A stretch of DNA of 64,000 bases from an uncultured Bacteroidota bacterium (lineage in GTDB: Bacteria; Bacteroidota; Bacteroidia; Bacteroidales; WCHB1-69), in contig OW818690.1 of NCBI GenBank assembly GCA_942493315.1, positions 2,759,275 through 2,823,274 on the forward strand, written 5' to 3'. Numbering within the stretch: position 1 is the stretch's first letter; each line of letters begins with the position of its first letter. Shown here piece by piece: positions 39,000-48,052 of this stretch. Position numbers and translations under genes: made by a program. The notes beneath the pieces are model-generated. The model ran no database searches, was not told the DNA's origin, and saw only the letters and a list, made by a program, of their open reading frames with translations.

Positions 39000-40067
39000 C
39001 TATCTTGGAATATAATCCCTATAGTGTTTAAATCCTAAATGTGATGTTTTGGATCCCTTAACTAATGAATCTTCACTGACTGCAGAAATATTATAATATT
39101 TTACCGCATTATATCTTGCTCCTAATATGCCATAAGCTGTTTTAAATTCATCGTCAGTAGGACAAACCATGTTGGTATATTCCAAATGTTCCTGAACTAT
39201 ACTTGATGAAGGTTGGTTAACAATCAGATAGTTGAACAAACTTTTAGATGCCCCCCAAACCTGAATCGAAATACATGACGTTCCTAATTTATATCGATCT
39301 ACTGATGGATTTGGCTGTATTTGTAAGGCTATAATATCAAAAATGGCAGATGGTTTATATTCTTTGTTAATCTCTCCATTTGCAACATTTTTTTGTGTTA
39401 AAAAAGTCTGATTTGTAATATCTCTTTTTACAGTTCCATATTTAGTTATCTCTCCTGTCAATTTTGAAACCTCAAAATAATAAAAATATTGGTAGATTTC
39501 ATATCCAAATGCTTTTGGATTGTGCGTGAAAATGATATTTGATTTATTACCAATTAAATTCAATCCATTATTAATTGGAATAAATGGCGCAGTAATATTT
39601 ATTGAATCTATTAAATCTGTGGTACCTGTCACTTCTCTTCCTGTTTCTTTATTAACTATCTTGATGGAATAAGATGCTTTTCTATTCAATCTTTCACTTG
39701 TATAATATAGTAATTGTTTAGGATTTGCAAAAATTCCGGGATTTTTTGGAACTGCTGTTGTTGTATCTAAAGTTATGATTCTATTGGTTGATTCTCCATT
39801 AATAAACTCCTCTAAAGTAACATTTACTTTATCAAAATAGTATAAATTGGTCCAGTCAGCAGCTGCAATGATGCTATTTCCTTCTGTCTGAAATCCCTTA
39901 TAAACTTTTATGTATTGGATGGAATCATTTGGATTTAATAATCCATATACCACAGTCACATCTTTATAAGGTGCATTCAATGAAAATTCATCATTACAAG
40001 ATATTAGTAATAAGGATAATAGAGCTATTAAAGCTAATAATTTTGTTTTTTTCATATTATTTTTCAA
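39000..40067 (-). CDS. Lipoprotein of unknown function (possibly DUF4249-like)
   Basis: Lipoprotein signal LLLISC. Overlaps the upstream beta-barrel gene by 11 nt, consistent with one operon. Confidence 0.45.
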   Translation of the reverse strand: MKNNMKKTKLLALIALLSLLLISCNDEFSLNAPYKDVTVVYGLLNPNDSIQYIKVYKGFQTEGNSIIAAADWTNLYYFDKVNVTLEEFINGESTNRIITLDTTTAVPKNPGIFANPKQLLYYTSERLNRKASYSIKIVNKETGREVTGTTDLIDSINITAPFIPINNGLNLIGNKSNIIFTHNPKAFGYEIYQYFYYFEVSKLTGEITKYGTVKRDITNQTFLTQKNVANGEINKEYKPSAIFDIIALQIQPNPSVDRYKLGTSCISIQVWGASKSLFNYLIVNQPSSSIVQEHLEYTNMVCPTDDEFKTAYGILGARYNAVKYYNISAVSEDSLVKGSKTSHLGFKHYRDYIPR

Positions 40068-40818
40068 TTCTTACCCAACGAGGACCAATTCTTTTTCCAC
40101 TCTTATCATTTTTTTCGTTGTATGTATATTTGTCATTAAATGTATATAAAATTCTAAATGTCAAGACATTATTATATGGTGATCTGACTGATGTTCCTCC
40201 ATTATTATTGGCATAAAATATTTTATCTTTTCCTATTGGGACTATGGAATATTGATATCTAAAGTTAAATTTTAATCCTTTATAAACCGGAACTTTTACA
40301 TCTAAAAGGAAGCTCCATTCATTTCTATTATATCTACCGGATTGTAAATCTGCAAATAATCTTTGACCAAATACTGTTTCTTGGTAATTCACTAACCTTG
40401 CCCATGATGCTCCAATTCCAAATGCCCATCCAGTATATGGATCTTCATAATGAAAAACAATAGGAACTTCAACATAATCCAACCTTAATTTATAGTAAAT
40501 ATCATTTCTAAAAGGATATTCCATATCAAATAAAAGTGTATCATCTAATGGTTTGGCATCTACATTATTGGAATAATTTTTTTGAAATGCCCCTTTTTGA
40601 GTAAATAGCAGCTCCATGGTTACAAAAAATCGCTGTTTTTTATCTAAAGAAATCATAACTGAGGGACCCACGTTAAAACCCAATTTATTATAACCATTAA
40701 CTTCATCTCCCTCAACTTGTGTAATATTTGCACCGGCAGTGAAGCCTCCGATGAAAATCTGAGACTTCCCAACTACTAGAATTGAGGCAAATAAAAATAC
40801 AAATAATAGCTTTTTCAT
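40057..40818 (-). CDS. Outer-membrane beta-barrel (porin-family/PorT-like) protein
   Basis: Signal peptide MKKLLFVFLFASILVVGKSQ. Alternating beta-strand pattern with aromatic girdle residues. Confidence 0.55.
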   Translation of the reverse strand: MKKLLFVFLFASILVVGKSQIFIGGFTAGANITQVEGDEVNGYNKLGFNVGPSVMISLDKKQRFFVTMELLFTQKGAFQKNYSNNVDAKPLDDTLLFDMEYPFRNDIYYKLRLDYVEVPIVFHYEDPYTGWAFGIGASWARLVNYQETVFGQRLFADLQSGRYNRNEWSFLLDVKVPVYKGLKFNFRYQYSIVPIGKDKIFYANNNGGTSVRSPYNNVLTFRILYTFNDKYTYNEKNDKSGKRIGPRWVRIEK

Positions 40819-40857
40819 ATTCTTTTTTTAGAGTATGCAAAAATACATTTTTTTTTG

Positions 40858-40865
40858 TAATTTTG
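40858..40865 (+). promoter_or_regulatory. -7 promoter box TAATTTTG driving the riboswitch leader
   Basis: TAnnTTTG located 3 nt before the proposed P1 stem of the riboswitch. Confidence 0.45.
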
Positions 40866-40868
40866 CCA

Positions 40869-41050
40869 TGATTTTCAACAAGGGAATCGGGTGAAATTCC
40901 TGAACAGTTCCCGCTGCTGTAAGTCTCATTAAGTTCTTAGGATTTAGCCACTGTTTTTATTCCAAAAATGGGAAGGCCCTCAAGAGAGACAAGTCAGAAA
41001 ACCTATTGTAAATCAAGCATTAAGGCTTCGGGAAAAAGCTGAAACGAACC
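40869..41050 (+). promoter_or_regulatory. Cobalamin (B12) riboswitch
   Basis: AAGGGAATCGGGTGAAATTCCTGAACAGTTCCCGCTGCTGTAAG matches the conserved GGGAA..GGTGAAA.TCC...CCCGC.GCTGTAA core. Also GCCACTG...GGGAAGGC, a B12-box-like AAGTCAGAAAACCT, and a P1 candidate TGATTT (40869-40874) / AAATCA (41010-41015). Confidence 0.75.
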
Positions 41051-41119
41051 GTTTGTTCCAACTCTTTCCGATTCCAAATTTATTCATCTAACCAATCCAT
41101 TTTGGTTACTAAAAACGAA

Positions 41120-42196
41120 ATGATGAAACGGGAAAATTTTATCAAAAGATTACAAAAATTGATCTTTTTATGTTTTGGAATTGTACTTTTAGCAGTTTCT
41201 TGTGAACCACCTATTGATCCTCCCATTAATCAGGGAGAAAGTGGTATTTATATCCTTAATGAAGGGGGTTTTAATATGAATAACAGCTCTTTAAGTTTCT
41301 TTAATTTTAAAGATCACTCAGTAATTGAAAATATTTTTCTGCAATCTAATAACCGCGGATTAGGGGATGTGGCAAACGATATGAAACAATATGGTAATAA
41401 AATCTACATTGTTGTGAATAATTCCGAAATTATTGAAATTATAAATCTCAAAACTGCTAAATCAATAAAGCAAATCTCACTTACAGGAAAACAACCTAGA
41501 AATATAACTTTTTTTGAAAATAAAGCTTATGTTAGTTGTTTTGATGGTACAGTTGTAAGAATTGACACAACAACTCTTCTAATAGATGGAACCATAACCG
41601 TTGGTTCAAACCCTGAAGGGATCTGTGTCGCCAATAATAAACTATATGTGGCTAATTCAGGAGGATTAAGTTCACCCATCACTTCCAATACAGTTTCTGT
41701 TGTTGATTTGAATAGCTATACAGAATTGAAAAGAATACCGGTTGCAATTGGCCCCAGGATACTTAAAACTGATCAATATGGAGATATTTATGTGTCATGT
41801 ACTGGAAACTATGGGAATATTCCTGCGTCATTTCATCGAATCAATACAATTACAGATGAAACTGTTGAAAATTTTAATTTAGAAGTTCATAATTTTACTA
41901 TCCAGGGAAATTTTGCTTATTTATATTCCTATGATTTTACTGATCAATCTAAATGGTTTAAAGTAATGGATATTTCTACTGAAAACATTGTAAAAGATAA
42001 TTTCATTTCTGATGGTACGCAAATTACTATTCCTTATGGGATAGCAATTGATCCGGTAACCAATTATATTTATATCACTGATGCAGGTGATTATGTGTCA
42101 ACCGGTGATGTATTTTGTTTTAATCAGAACGGAGTTCTTCAGTATCAATTCGAAGCTGGTATTATACCTAATGGAAGTATGGTTTTTAAAAGATAA
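41120..42196 (+). CDS. Surface lipoprotein with a YncE-like beta-propeller (DUF5074-like)
   Basis: Lipobox LLAVSC. Repeated blades of about 40 aa (G..P..I......YV.N.....V..ID). ATG 41120 is preferred to TTG 41102. Confidence 0.6.
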   Translation: MMKRENFIKRLQKLIFLCFGIVLLAVSCEPPIDPPINQGESGIYILNEGGFNMNNSSLSFFNFKDHSVIENIFLQSNNRGLGDVANDMKQYGNKIYIVVNNSEIIEIINLKTAKSIKQISLTGKQPRNITFFENKAYVSCFDGTVVRIDTTTLLIDGTITVGSNPEGICVANNKLYVANSGGLSSPITSNTVSVVDLNSYTELKRIPVAIGPRILKTDQYGDIYVSCTGNYGNIPASFHRINTITDETVENFNLEVHNFTIQGNFAYLYSYDFTDQSKWFKVMDISTENIVKDNFISDGTQITIPYGIAIDPVTNYIYITDAGDYVSTGDVFCFNQNGVLQYQFEAGIIPNGSMVFKR

Positions 42197-42238
42197 TGAT
42201 TTGGATTTATATTTAAAACTTAAAATGGATGCATAAAA

Positions 42239-43435
42239 CTAATTTTTAATAAACTTAGCTTGCCCAATTTTTTGATTATGTTCTAAAGTAATGAAATAAA
42301 TACCTTTTGGAATTGTTGAAATATTCACTTGAATTTCAGAATTATTATCAAACTGTTCCATAATCTTAGTTCCTACTGCACTATAAATGGTTAATTTATA
42401 TTGATTAAATGAATCATTTAATCTTATATTAATCTGATCAGATGCTGGATTTGGATACACAAGAAATGGAATTGATGTTAAATTTTCCAATACATTCATA
42501 ATGATATCATTTCTAATAATATCTTTAAATGCATAAAAAACTGTTTGATTGATTCTGGCGTATACAACATGGTCTATTCCTCCACCTGATAAAACTCCAT
42601 AAGAAGTATAAAAATTTCCATTATCAATTTTCACTATTGAACTTCCACTTTCTCCAGGAATTGCGTTCAAATGATCTACAAAAATAAAATTATCTGTTGG
42701 CAAAGAGTTGTTAATAGTTCCATACCCATAATATAGAGTATCTCCATTATAATTATTTGAATCCACTTCTATCATTGTTCTAGCGGGGTATGAAAATTTA
42801 TAAAAAATACCATCTATCAAATCATCATCATCACTATTATAACCTATACTCACCCATCCTGTATTTTCACCAATAGGATTATTCAATTCTAATAAAGCTA
42901 AATCTCTATTCAAACTCCAGTGTTCAAAAAAATAAATTTTGGAAACCCAATCACCATTAAAAGGACTAAAACTATTATTATCATATGCCGGAGCTATGAA
43001 CAACTTACTATTTTGAATGGAATCCATTTCAAATGTAGCCACACAATGACATGCAGTAATAACATGTTTTTTACTAATCAATATACCAGAACATAAATTT
43101 TTCAACGTATCATTATGTAATCTGAATATTTTTACAGTTGTTCTAATTGGGTATTCATAAACATTATAATCTAACGAAGCTCTTTTCTTTTTTGTAAAAC
43201 TTGAGTTCGGATAAAGATTTTCTGTGGGAATATTTTGATCCAGAAAATTGATATCTGGATTTACATTTCCAACAAAATATGGTGTTTCTTCTTTTACCAC
43301 AGCAGAATCAAATGTGGGTGTATCCAATGTATCAATTAAACTTGTTTCTACATCAAAAACTAAGATTTTATTTTGTTGAGAAAAAAGAAATAAAGGTAAA
43401 AATGCAAATAAAAAAACAGCTAAATTTTTCATCAT
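42239..43435 (-). CDS. Secreted trypsin-like (S1) serine protease with a T9SS C-terminal sorting domain
   Basis: Catalytic triad contexts ITACHC (His), DLALLEL (Asp) and PGESGSSIV (Ser). C-terminal VYPNPASDQINI...GIYFITLEHNQKIGQAKFIKN. Confidence 0.8.
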   Translation of the reverse strand: MMKNLAVFLFAFLPLFLFSQQNKILVFDVETSLIDTLDTPTFDSAVVKEETPYFVGNVNPDINFLDQNIPTENLYPNSSFTKKKRASLDYNVYEYPIRTTVKIFRLHNDTLKNLCSGILISKKHVITACHCVATFEMDSIQNSKLFIAPAYDNNSFSPFNGDWVSKIYFFEHWSLNRDLALLELNNPIGENTGWVSIGYNSDDDDLIDGIFYKFSYPARTMIEVDSNNYNGDTLYYGYGTINNSLPTDNFIFVDHLNAIPGESGSSIVKIDNGNFYTSYGVLSGGGIDHVVYARINQTVFYAFKDIIRNDIIMNVLENLTSIPFLVYPNPASDQINIRLNDSFNQYKLTIYSAVGTKIMEQFDNNSEIQVNISTIPKGIYFITLEHNQKIGQAKFIKN

Positions 43436-43563
43436 TAAAACTCTAAGAACTGAATAATAACGTATGAAAATTTAAGAAATTGTATGCAATATTATTTTTT
43501 TAAATTCAATAAAATTATTGAATTTTGGGATTTATAAATATCAAAATTATTATTTAAATTAAT

Positions 43564-43700
43564 CGACAGAGCTATTTACCCCTATTCTAATAAATGATGG
43601 ATGAAAATTTTGTATCTATTTTATATTCAAACACATACAAAATTTCATTTTTTCTATCGAAACAGTATCAACCTTTTATTAGAATATAAAATATTGACGC
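43564..43700 (+). repeat. AT-rich hairpin module, copy M1
   Basis: CGACAGAGC...ATTCTAATAAATGATGG...CAACCTTTTATTAGAATATAAAATATTGACGCA. Near-identical to M2. Confidence 0.85.
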
Positions 43701-43791
43701 ACTTCGGTACATTTTTTTGTATTTTTCGTCATGAGTTCCGGATTTAAAAGTCGAGTAATTTTTCAATTTTGAACATTTGCAAATTATTCCC

Positions 43792-43799
43792 TATTTTTG
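43792..43799 (+). promoter_or_regulatory. -7 promoter box TATTTTTG upstream of the helicase gene
   Basis: TAnnTTTG followed by CA. It overlaps the TTG used as the start in the ORF track, which argues for a later start codon. Confidence 0.4.
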
Positions 43800-43847
43800 C
43801 ATTCCAAATTGCCACTAATTCATCATATTTCATCAAATTTAACTTTT

Positions 43848-46001
43848 GTGACTTCTTCTTTAAAATCAAATCTTAGTAATTTAAACACCCAACAACTAGA
43901 GGCTGTTATCAGTGACCATAAAAGACTTCTCGTATTAGCTGGTGCCGGTTCAGGTAAAACTAAAACACTTTTACAAAAAATTATCTATTTGATGGAAGAA
44001 AAAGGTGTTAGCCCTTCTCAAATACTTGCTATCACTTATACCAAAAATGCTACTAATGAAATGATTGATCGTCTCATTATCTCAGCTGATTCAACCGGAA
44101 ATTACGAAAAATTACTTTTGGATAGAAATCGTACTAAAGAGGAAAAAGAAAAAGAACGATATCTGCAACAAAAAAAATATAAATGGATTGATAACTTGAC
44201 TGTTAAAACATTCCATTCTTTTTGTTATTCGGTTCTAAGAAATTATGGTGTCAACGAATTCGATAATCAATTTAGAATTGTTGGGGATGAAAAGAAAGAA
44301 GAATCTGATGAATTAAATAAACATGTTGCTCCTGAAACGGCATTTGAGATTTTTCATAAACTATTGATTCATCAATGTGAAGATCATGAATACCTTTTAA
44401 AATTAAAAAGGCATATCCTTGATTATATGATTGATAAAATTCATATAAATCCAAAAAAGTCTGGATTTTTTGAATATGATGGTAAATTCTTTACTACACT
44501 CGACGGGATAAAAGTTAGATCAAAATCTGAACAATTTATTGCCGATTGGTTTTACCGACACTCTATCAAATACGAATATGAGCCTCTTTTGAACATTAAA
44601 GATTTCTCATTTCACCCAGACTTTTTTATTCCAGCTGCCAATCTTTATATTGAACATGTTAGTGATAAAAGTTATTCAACCAAAAATAAAGAGGAACAAT
44701 TTCGAAAAGGGAATCTATTGTTGGTGAAGACTTTTGAAAACATGACTACTGATTCAGCTCTTTTCAATCATACGCTAGATAATATTGTCAAGAATAGGTT
44801 ACCGGAACATTATCATGAGACTGTTGGATTAAATTTTAAAGAAGAATTTAATGGGTATCATGAAGATGTTAAAGATTTTGTTCGTCAAATCATGCGAATC
44901 ACCGATATGATCAAGGTTGAAAATATTGATATTGAAACAGTTTCTAAAAATGGACGAAATGACCAGCATGAAAGAGTTCGGCAATTTTATGAATTAGCGA
45001 TTCCAATCGTCAAAAAATATATTGAATATTGTACAGATAAATCCTTTTTAGATTTTAATGATCTGATTTCCAGAACTACATCTTTGTTTCAAAATCAAAA
45101 AGACATAGCGAATAAGTTCAGATCAAAATACAATTATATACTTGTGGATGAATTTCAGGATGTCAATAATTTACAAGTAGAGTTAATTCAATTGTTATTG
45201 ACAGAACAATCTCAGTTATTTTGTGTTGGTGATGACTGGCAAAGTATTTATGGTTTTAGAGGCTCCAATGTAAGTTATATTGTTGAATTTGAAAAACACT
45301 TTAAAGAAGCTAAAACGATAAAACTAAACCTAAATTACCGAAGCACTCAAAACATTGTGGGGGCAAGTAATGAGGTAATAAAACACAATAAATTCAAAGT
45401 GGAGAAAGAGATTTATGCATCAAAAAAATCGGAACACAAAATTGTGGTTTATGCTGGAAATAATGAAGATGAAAACCTTCAATTTTGCTTAGATAAAGTC
45501 AAAAAACTTCTCAAAGATGGCATCTCTAGTGACGATATTTTCTTTCTATACCGAAGAAGTAAAATGTACGCACCTTACTATTATAAATTCAGAAATGAAG
45601 GGATCAAAGTTCAAGGAAAAACAATTCATGCAGCTAAAGGGTTGGAAGCAAAAGTAGTCTTTATCATCGGCTTAACCGATGGGAATGGCGGGTTTCCGGA
45701 TATTTGGTTAGAAGATCGGATATTCCAGATGATCAAAAAATCAAACCATGATTTATTAATGGAAGAAGAGCGAAGACTTTTTTATGTTGCTATTACCCGA
45801 GCAAAAGAAAAGTTGTTTCTTATCACTGAAAAAGGATTTGAATCCAGCTTTTTAAAAGAGATTCCTGAAGTTTATACAGTAAGAACATCACAATACTTTA
45901 AAGCTGAAACTGAAAATGTTAAAACATGCCAAAATTGTTTAAGTCAGTTAGAAAATTTGTGGGTAGTTTGTCCTTATTGTGGAGAAAAAATTTGCGATTA
46001 A
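43848..46001 (+). CDS. UvrD/Rep-like SF1 helicase with an inserted PD-(D/E)xK-like module and a C-terminal zinc ribbon
   Basis: Walker A AGAGSGKT, TFHSFC, Walker B/motif II VDEFQDVN, GDDWQSIYGFRG, NYRS, and VAITRAKEKL (motif VI). The insert is RSKSEQFIADWFYRHSIKYEYEP...FHPDFFIP...LYIEH. C-terminal CQNC...CPYCG. The start is uncertain: GTG 43848, TTG 43809 or TTG 43797. Confidence 0.8.
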   Translation: MTSSLKSNLSNLNTQQLEAVISDHKRLLVLAGAGSGKTKTLLQKIIYLMEEKGVSPSQILAITYTKNATNEMIDRLIISADSTGNYEKLLLDRNRTKEEKEKERYLQQKKYKWIDNLTVKTFHSFCYSVLRNYGVNEFDNQFRIVGDEKKEESDELNKHVAPETAFEIFHKLLIHQCEDHEYLLKLKRHILDYMIDKIHINPKKSGFFEYDGKFFTTLDGIKVRSKSEQFIADWFYRHSIKYEYEPLLNIKDFSFHPDFFIPAANLYIEHVSDKSYSTKNKEEQFRKGNLLLVKTFENMTTDSALFNHTLDNIVKNRLPEHYHETVGLNFKEEFNGYHEDVKDFVRQIMRITDMIKVENIDIETVSKNGRNDQHERVRQFYELAIPIVKKYIEYCTDKSFLDFNDLISRTTSLFQNQKDIANKFRSKYNYILVDEFQDVNNLQVELIQLLLTEQSQLFCVGDDWQSIYGFRGSNVSYIVEFEKHFKEAKTIKLNLNYRSTQNIVGASNEVIKHNKFKVEKEIYASKKSEHKIVVYAGNNEDENLQFCLDKVKKLLKDGISSDDIFFLYRRSKMYAPYYYKFRNEGIKVQGKTIHAAKGLEAKVVFIIGLTDGNGGFPDIWLEDRIFQMIKKSNHDLLMEEERRLFYVAITRAKEKLFLITEKGFESSFLKEIPEVYTVRTSQYFKAETENVKTCQNCLSQLENLWVVCPYCGEKICD

Positions 46002-46006
46002 ATACG

Positions 46007-46144
46007 CGACGAAGCACTACACCCCTATTCCAATAAATGATGGGTAAAAATATTGTATCTATTTTATATTCAAACACATACAAAATTTAATTTTTTCAAT
46101 CGAAACAGTATCAACCTTTTATTAGAATATAAAATATTAACGCA
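46007..46144 (+). repeat. AT-rich hairpin module, copy M2
   Basis: Direct repeat of M1 beginning 6 nt after the helicase stop. Confidence 0.85.
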
Positions 46145-46360
46145 AATTGGATAATTTTGAGTTCAGATCCAGAAAGTTACAATTTCAACAAATCATAATT
46201 ATTCTTAATTTTTATATTTAATATTTATTATTTAGAATAATGTACTAAATTTGCATCATTAATAATCTTCAAAACCTACTTTTGAAGATTAATAGATTAA
46301 TTAAAATCTATTTCTTAATTTATTCTGAATTAACAGCTGAAATTTTAAAAAAAATATAAA

Positions 46361-47512
46361 ATGAAAAAACTATTATTTATTTCAATCCTTTTCTTTTCAA
46401 TGAATTTGAATGCACAATGGGCTCCAACCAATTGTCCCGGAACTGAGGTTCCCAAAATTGCAACTTATGGTAATTTACTATATGCTGCGACTGGTACTGG
46501 GGGTGGTTTTCATACTTCTAGTGATTCAGGACAAACTTGGACTGCTCCTTTTACTTTTCCATTAGGGGATTTTATTCAATCCGTTTTTTATTGTGATGGT
46601 TATTTATTTTTAGGAGGTTCTATTGGAAATTATAGATCTTCTGATGGGGGTTATACTTGGTCTCAAATGCCCACTTTAGTAGAGGAAACTTACTCTTTTT
46701 TAAAATTTGGATCGACAATATATGCCGGAACCTTTGGTGGTGGTGTATATAAAAGTATTGATACTGGAAATACATGGATTTCGTGTAATAATGGTTTATT
46801 TAATGGTTATATTCTTGCTTTAACAAATGATCAAAATTCATTATATGCTGCAAGTCCAAATGGACTATTCAAATCAATAAATAATGGGCAAAGTTGGCTT
46901 GACGTTACAATTTCTATTGGATCTCCCAACTTTGATGCAGTTACTTATGATGGAAGTTATATTATTGCCGGTGGTAACTATTGTGGAATTTACCGTTCTG
47001 CAGACGGTGGATCTACTTGGAATAGTGCTAACTCCGGTTTATCATCGACAGATATTAGGTCTTTATATACTGTCGGAGAAACGGTTTTTCTTGGTGGAGC
47101 TAATGGTGTAAAGTATTCTATTGACCATGGTGCAACCTGGGTAGATTACAATTTAGGATTTCCCGGAACATATTATGTAGAGAGTTTTTGTGTAATGGGT
47201 TCTACGCTTTTCTGTGGAACGATAACAAATGGTTTATGGAAACGTCAGTTAACAAATTCTTTATCAATTCCAACAATTGAAGAGCCGGTATTTTTCATTA
47301 TTCCTAATCCCAATAACGGAACATTTCAAATTTCACTTCCAAATGGAAATGAAACAGTTTTTATCACCAATAGTCTGGGACAAGAAATTTACAGAGCTAC
47401 AGCTAATAATAAATATACTTCAATAGATCTTGATGTACAGAATGGACTTTATTTTGTTAATATTCTGACAGATAAAGGAATTCTAAACCGTAAAGTTATA
47501 ATAAAAAAATAG
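46361..47512 (+). CDS. BNR/sortilin-type repeat beta-propeller protein with a T9SS C-terminal sorting domain
   Basis: Six S-x-D-x-G-x-T-W motifs (SSDSGQTW, SSDGGYTW, SIDTGNTW, SINNGQSW, SADGGSTW, SIDHGATW). C-terminal IIPNPNNGTFQI...GLYFVNILTDKG...IIKK. Confidence 0.8.
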   Translation: MKKLLFISILFFSMNLNAQWAPTNCPGTEVPKIATYGNLLYAATGTGGGFHTSSDSGQTWTAPFTFPLGDFIQSVFYCDGYLFLGGSIGNYRSSDGGYTWSQMPTLVEETYSFLKFGSTIYAGTFGGGVYKSIDTGNTWISCNNGLFNGYILALTNDQNSLYAASPNGLFKSINNGQSWLDVTISIGSPNFDAVTYDGSYIIAGGNYCGIYRSADGGSTWNSANSGLSSTDIRSLYTVGETVFLGGANGVKYSIDHGATWVDYNLGFPGTYYVESFCVMGSTLFCGTITNGLWKRQLTNSLSIPTIEEPVFFIIPNPNNGTFQISLPNGNETVFITNSLGQEIYRATANNKYTSIDLDVQNGLYFVNILTDKGILNRKVIIKK

Positions 47513-47563
47513 CACATTAACACTTTAGCATATTACTATTCACTATTAGTTATTCACTCTATA

Positions 47564-47770
47564 GGGCATTCCCCTTTGGCTGCGCTCAACCAAACCCCCA
47601 CCCCAACGAACAGAAACACCGTCGCTTGCCAAAGGGTCGGTCTCCGGCCTGTACTCCTCGCAGTTCCGCCAAGTGTTGCATCGGCCCGGCAGGAGCTCCT
47701 CCGTCGCTCTGCCGGTCTCGGCACCACTAAGCGTCCCTGCTTGCGGGGTACCTGGCCTCCGCCCTAATGC
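47564..47770 (+). repeat. GC-rich structured element, copy A
   Basis: GGGCATTCC...CCGCCCTAATGC. Stems CCTTTGGC/GCCAAAGG and CCGGCAG/CTGCCGG. Track ORF 47576-47767 lies entirely within it and is judged spurious. Confidence 0.85.
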
Positions 47771-47815
47771 AATTTCAGTAAGTGGTTAATATTTCAATTC
47801 GCCCCAAAACTTTAT

Positions 47816-47927
47816 ATTCTATTTAATGATGGGTAAAAATATTGTATCTATTTTATATTCAAATACATACAAAATATCATTTTTTCAATCGAAACACTAA
47901 CAACCTTTTATTGGAATATGAAATATT
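47816..47927 (+). repeat. AT-rich hairpin module, copy M3
   Basis: ATTCTATTTAATGATGGGTAAAAATATTGTATC...CAACCTTTTATTGGAAT. Lies 45 nt 3' of GC-rich copy A. Confidence 0.8.
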
Positions 47928-48052
47928 GGGATTTAATGGCAAAATTGGAGCATTTTTTTATTACTATTTTGTCAATAACTGTTATTTGTCTTGTCTCAAA
48001 TAAATATTTCAATATTTTATTTATTTTTGTAAACAAATATAAAAATTGATTT

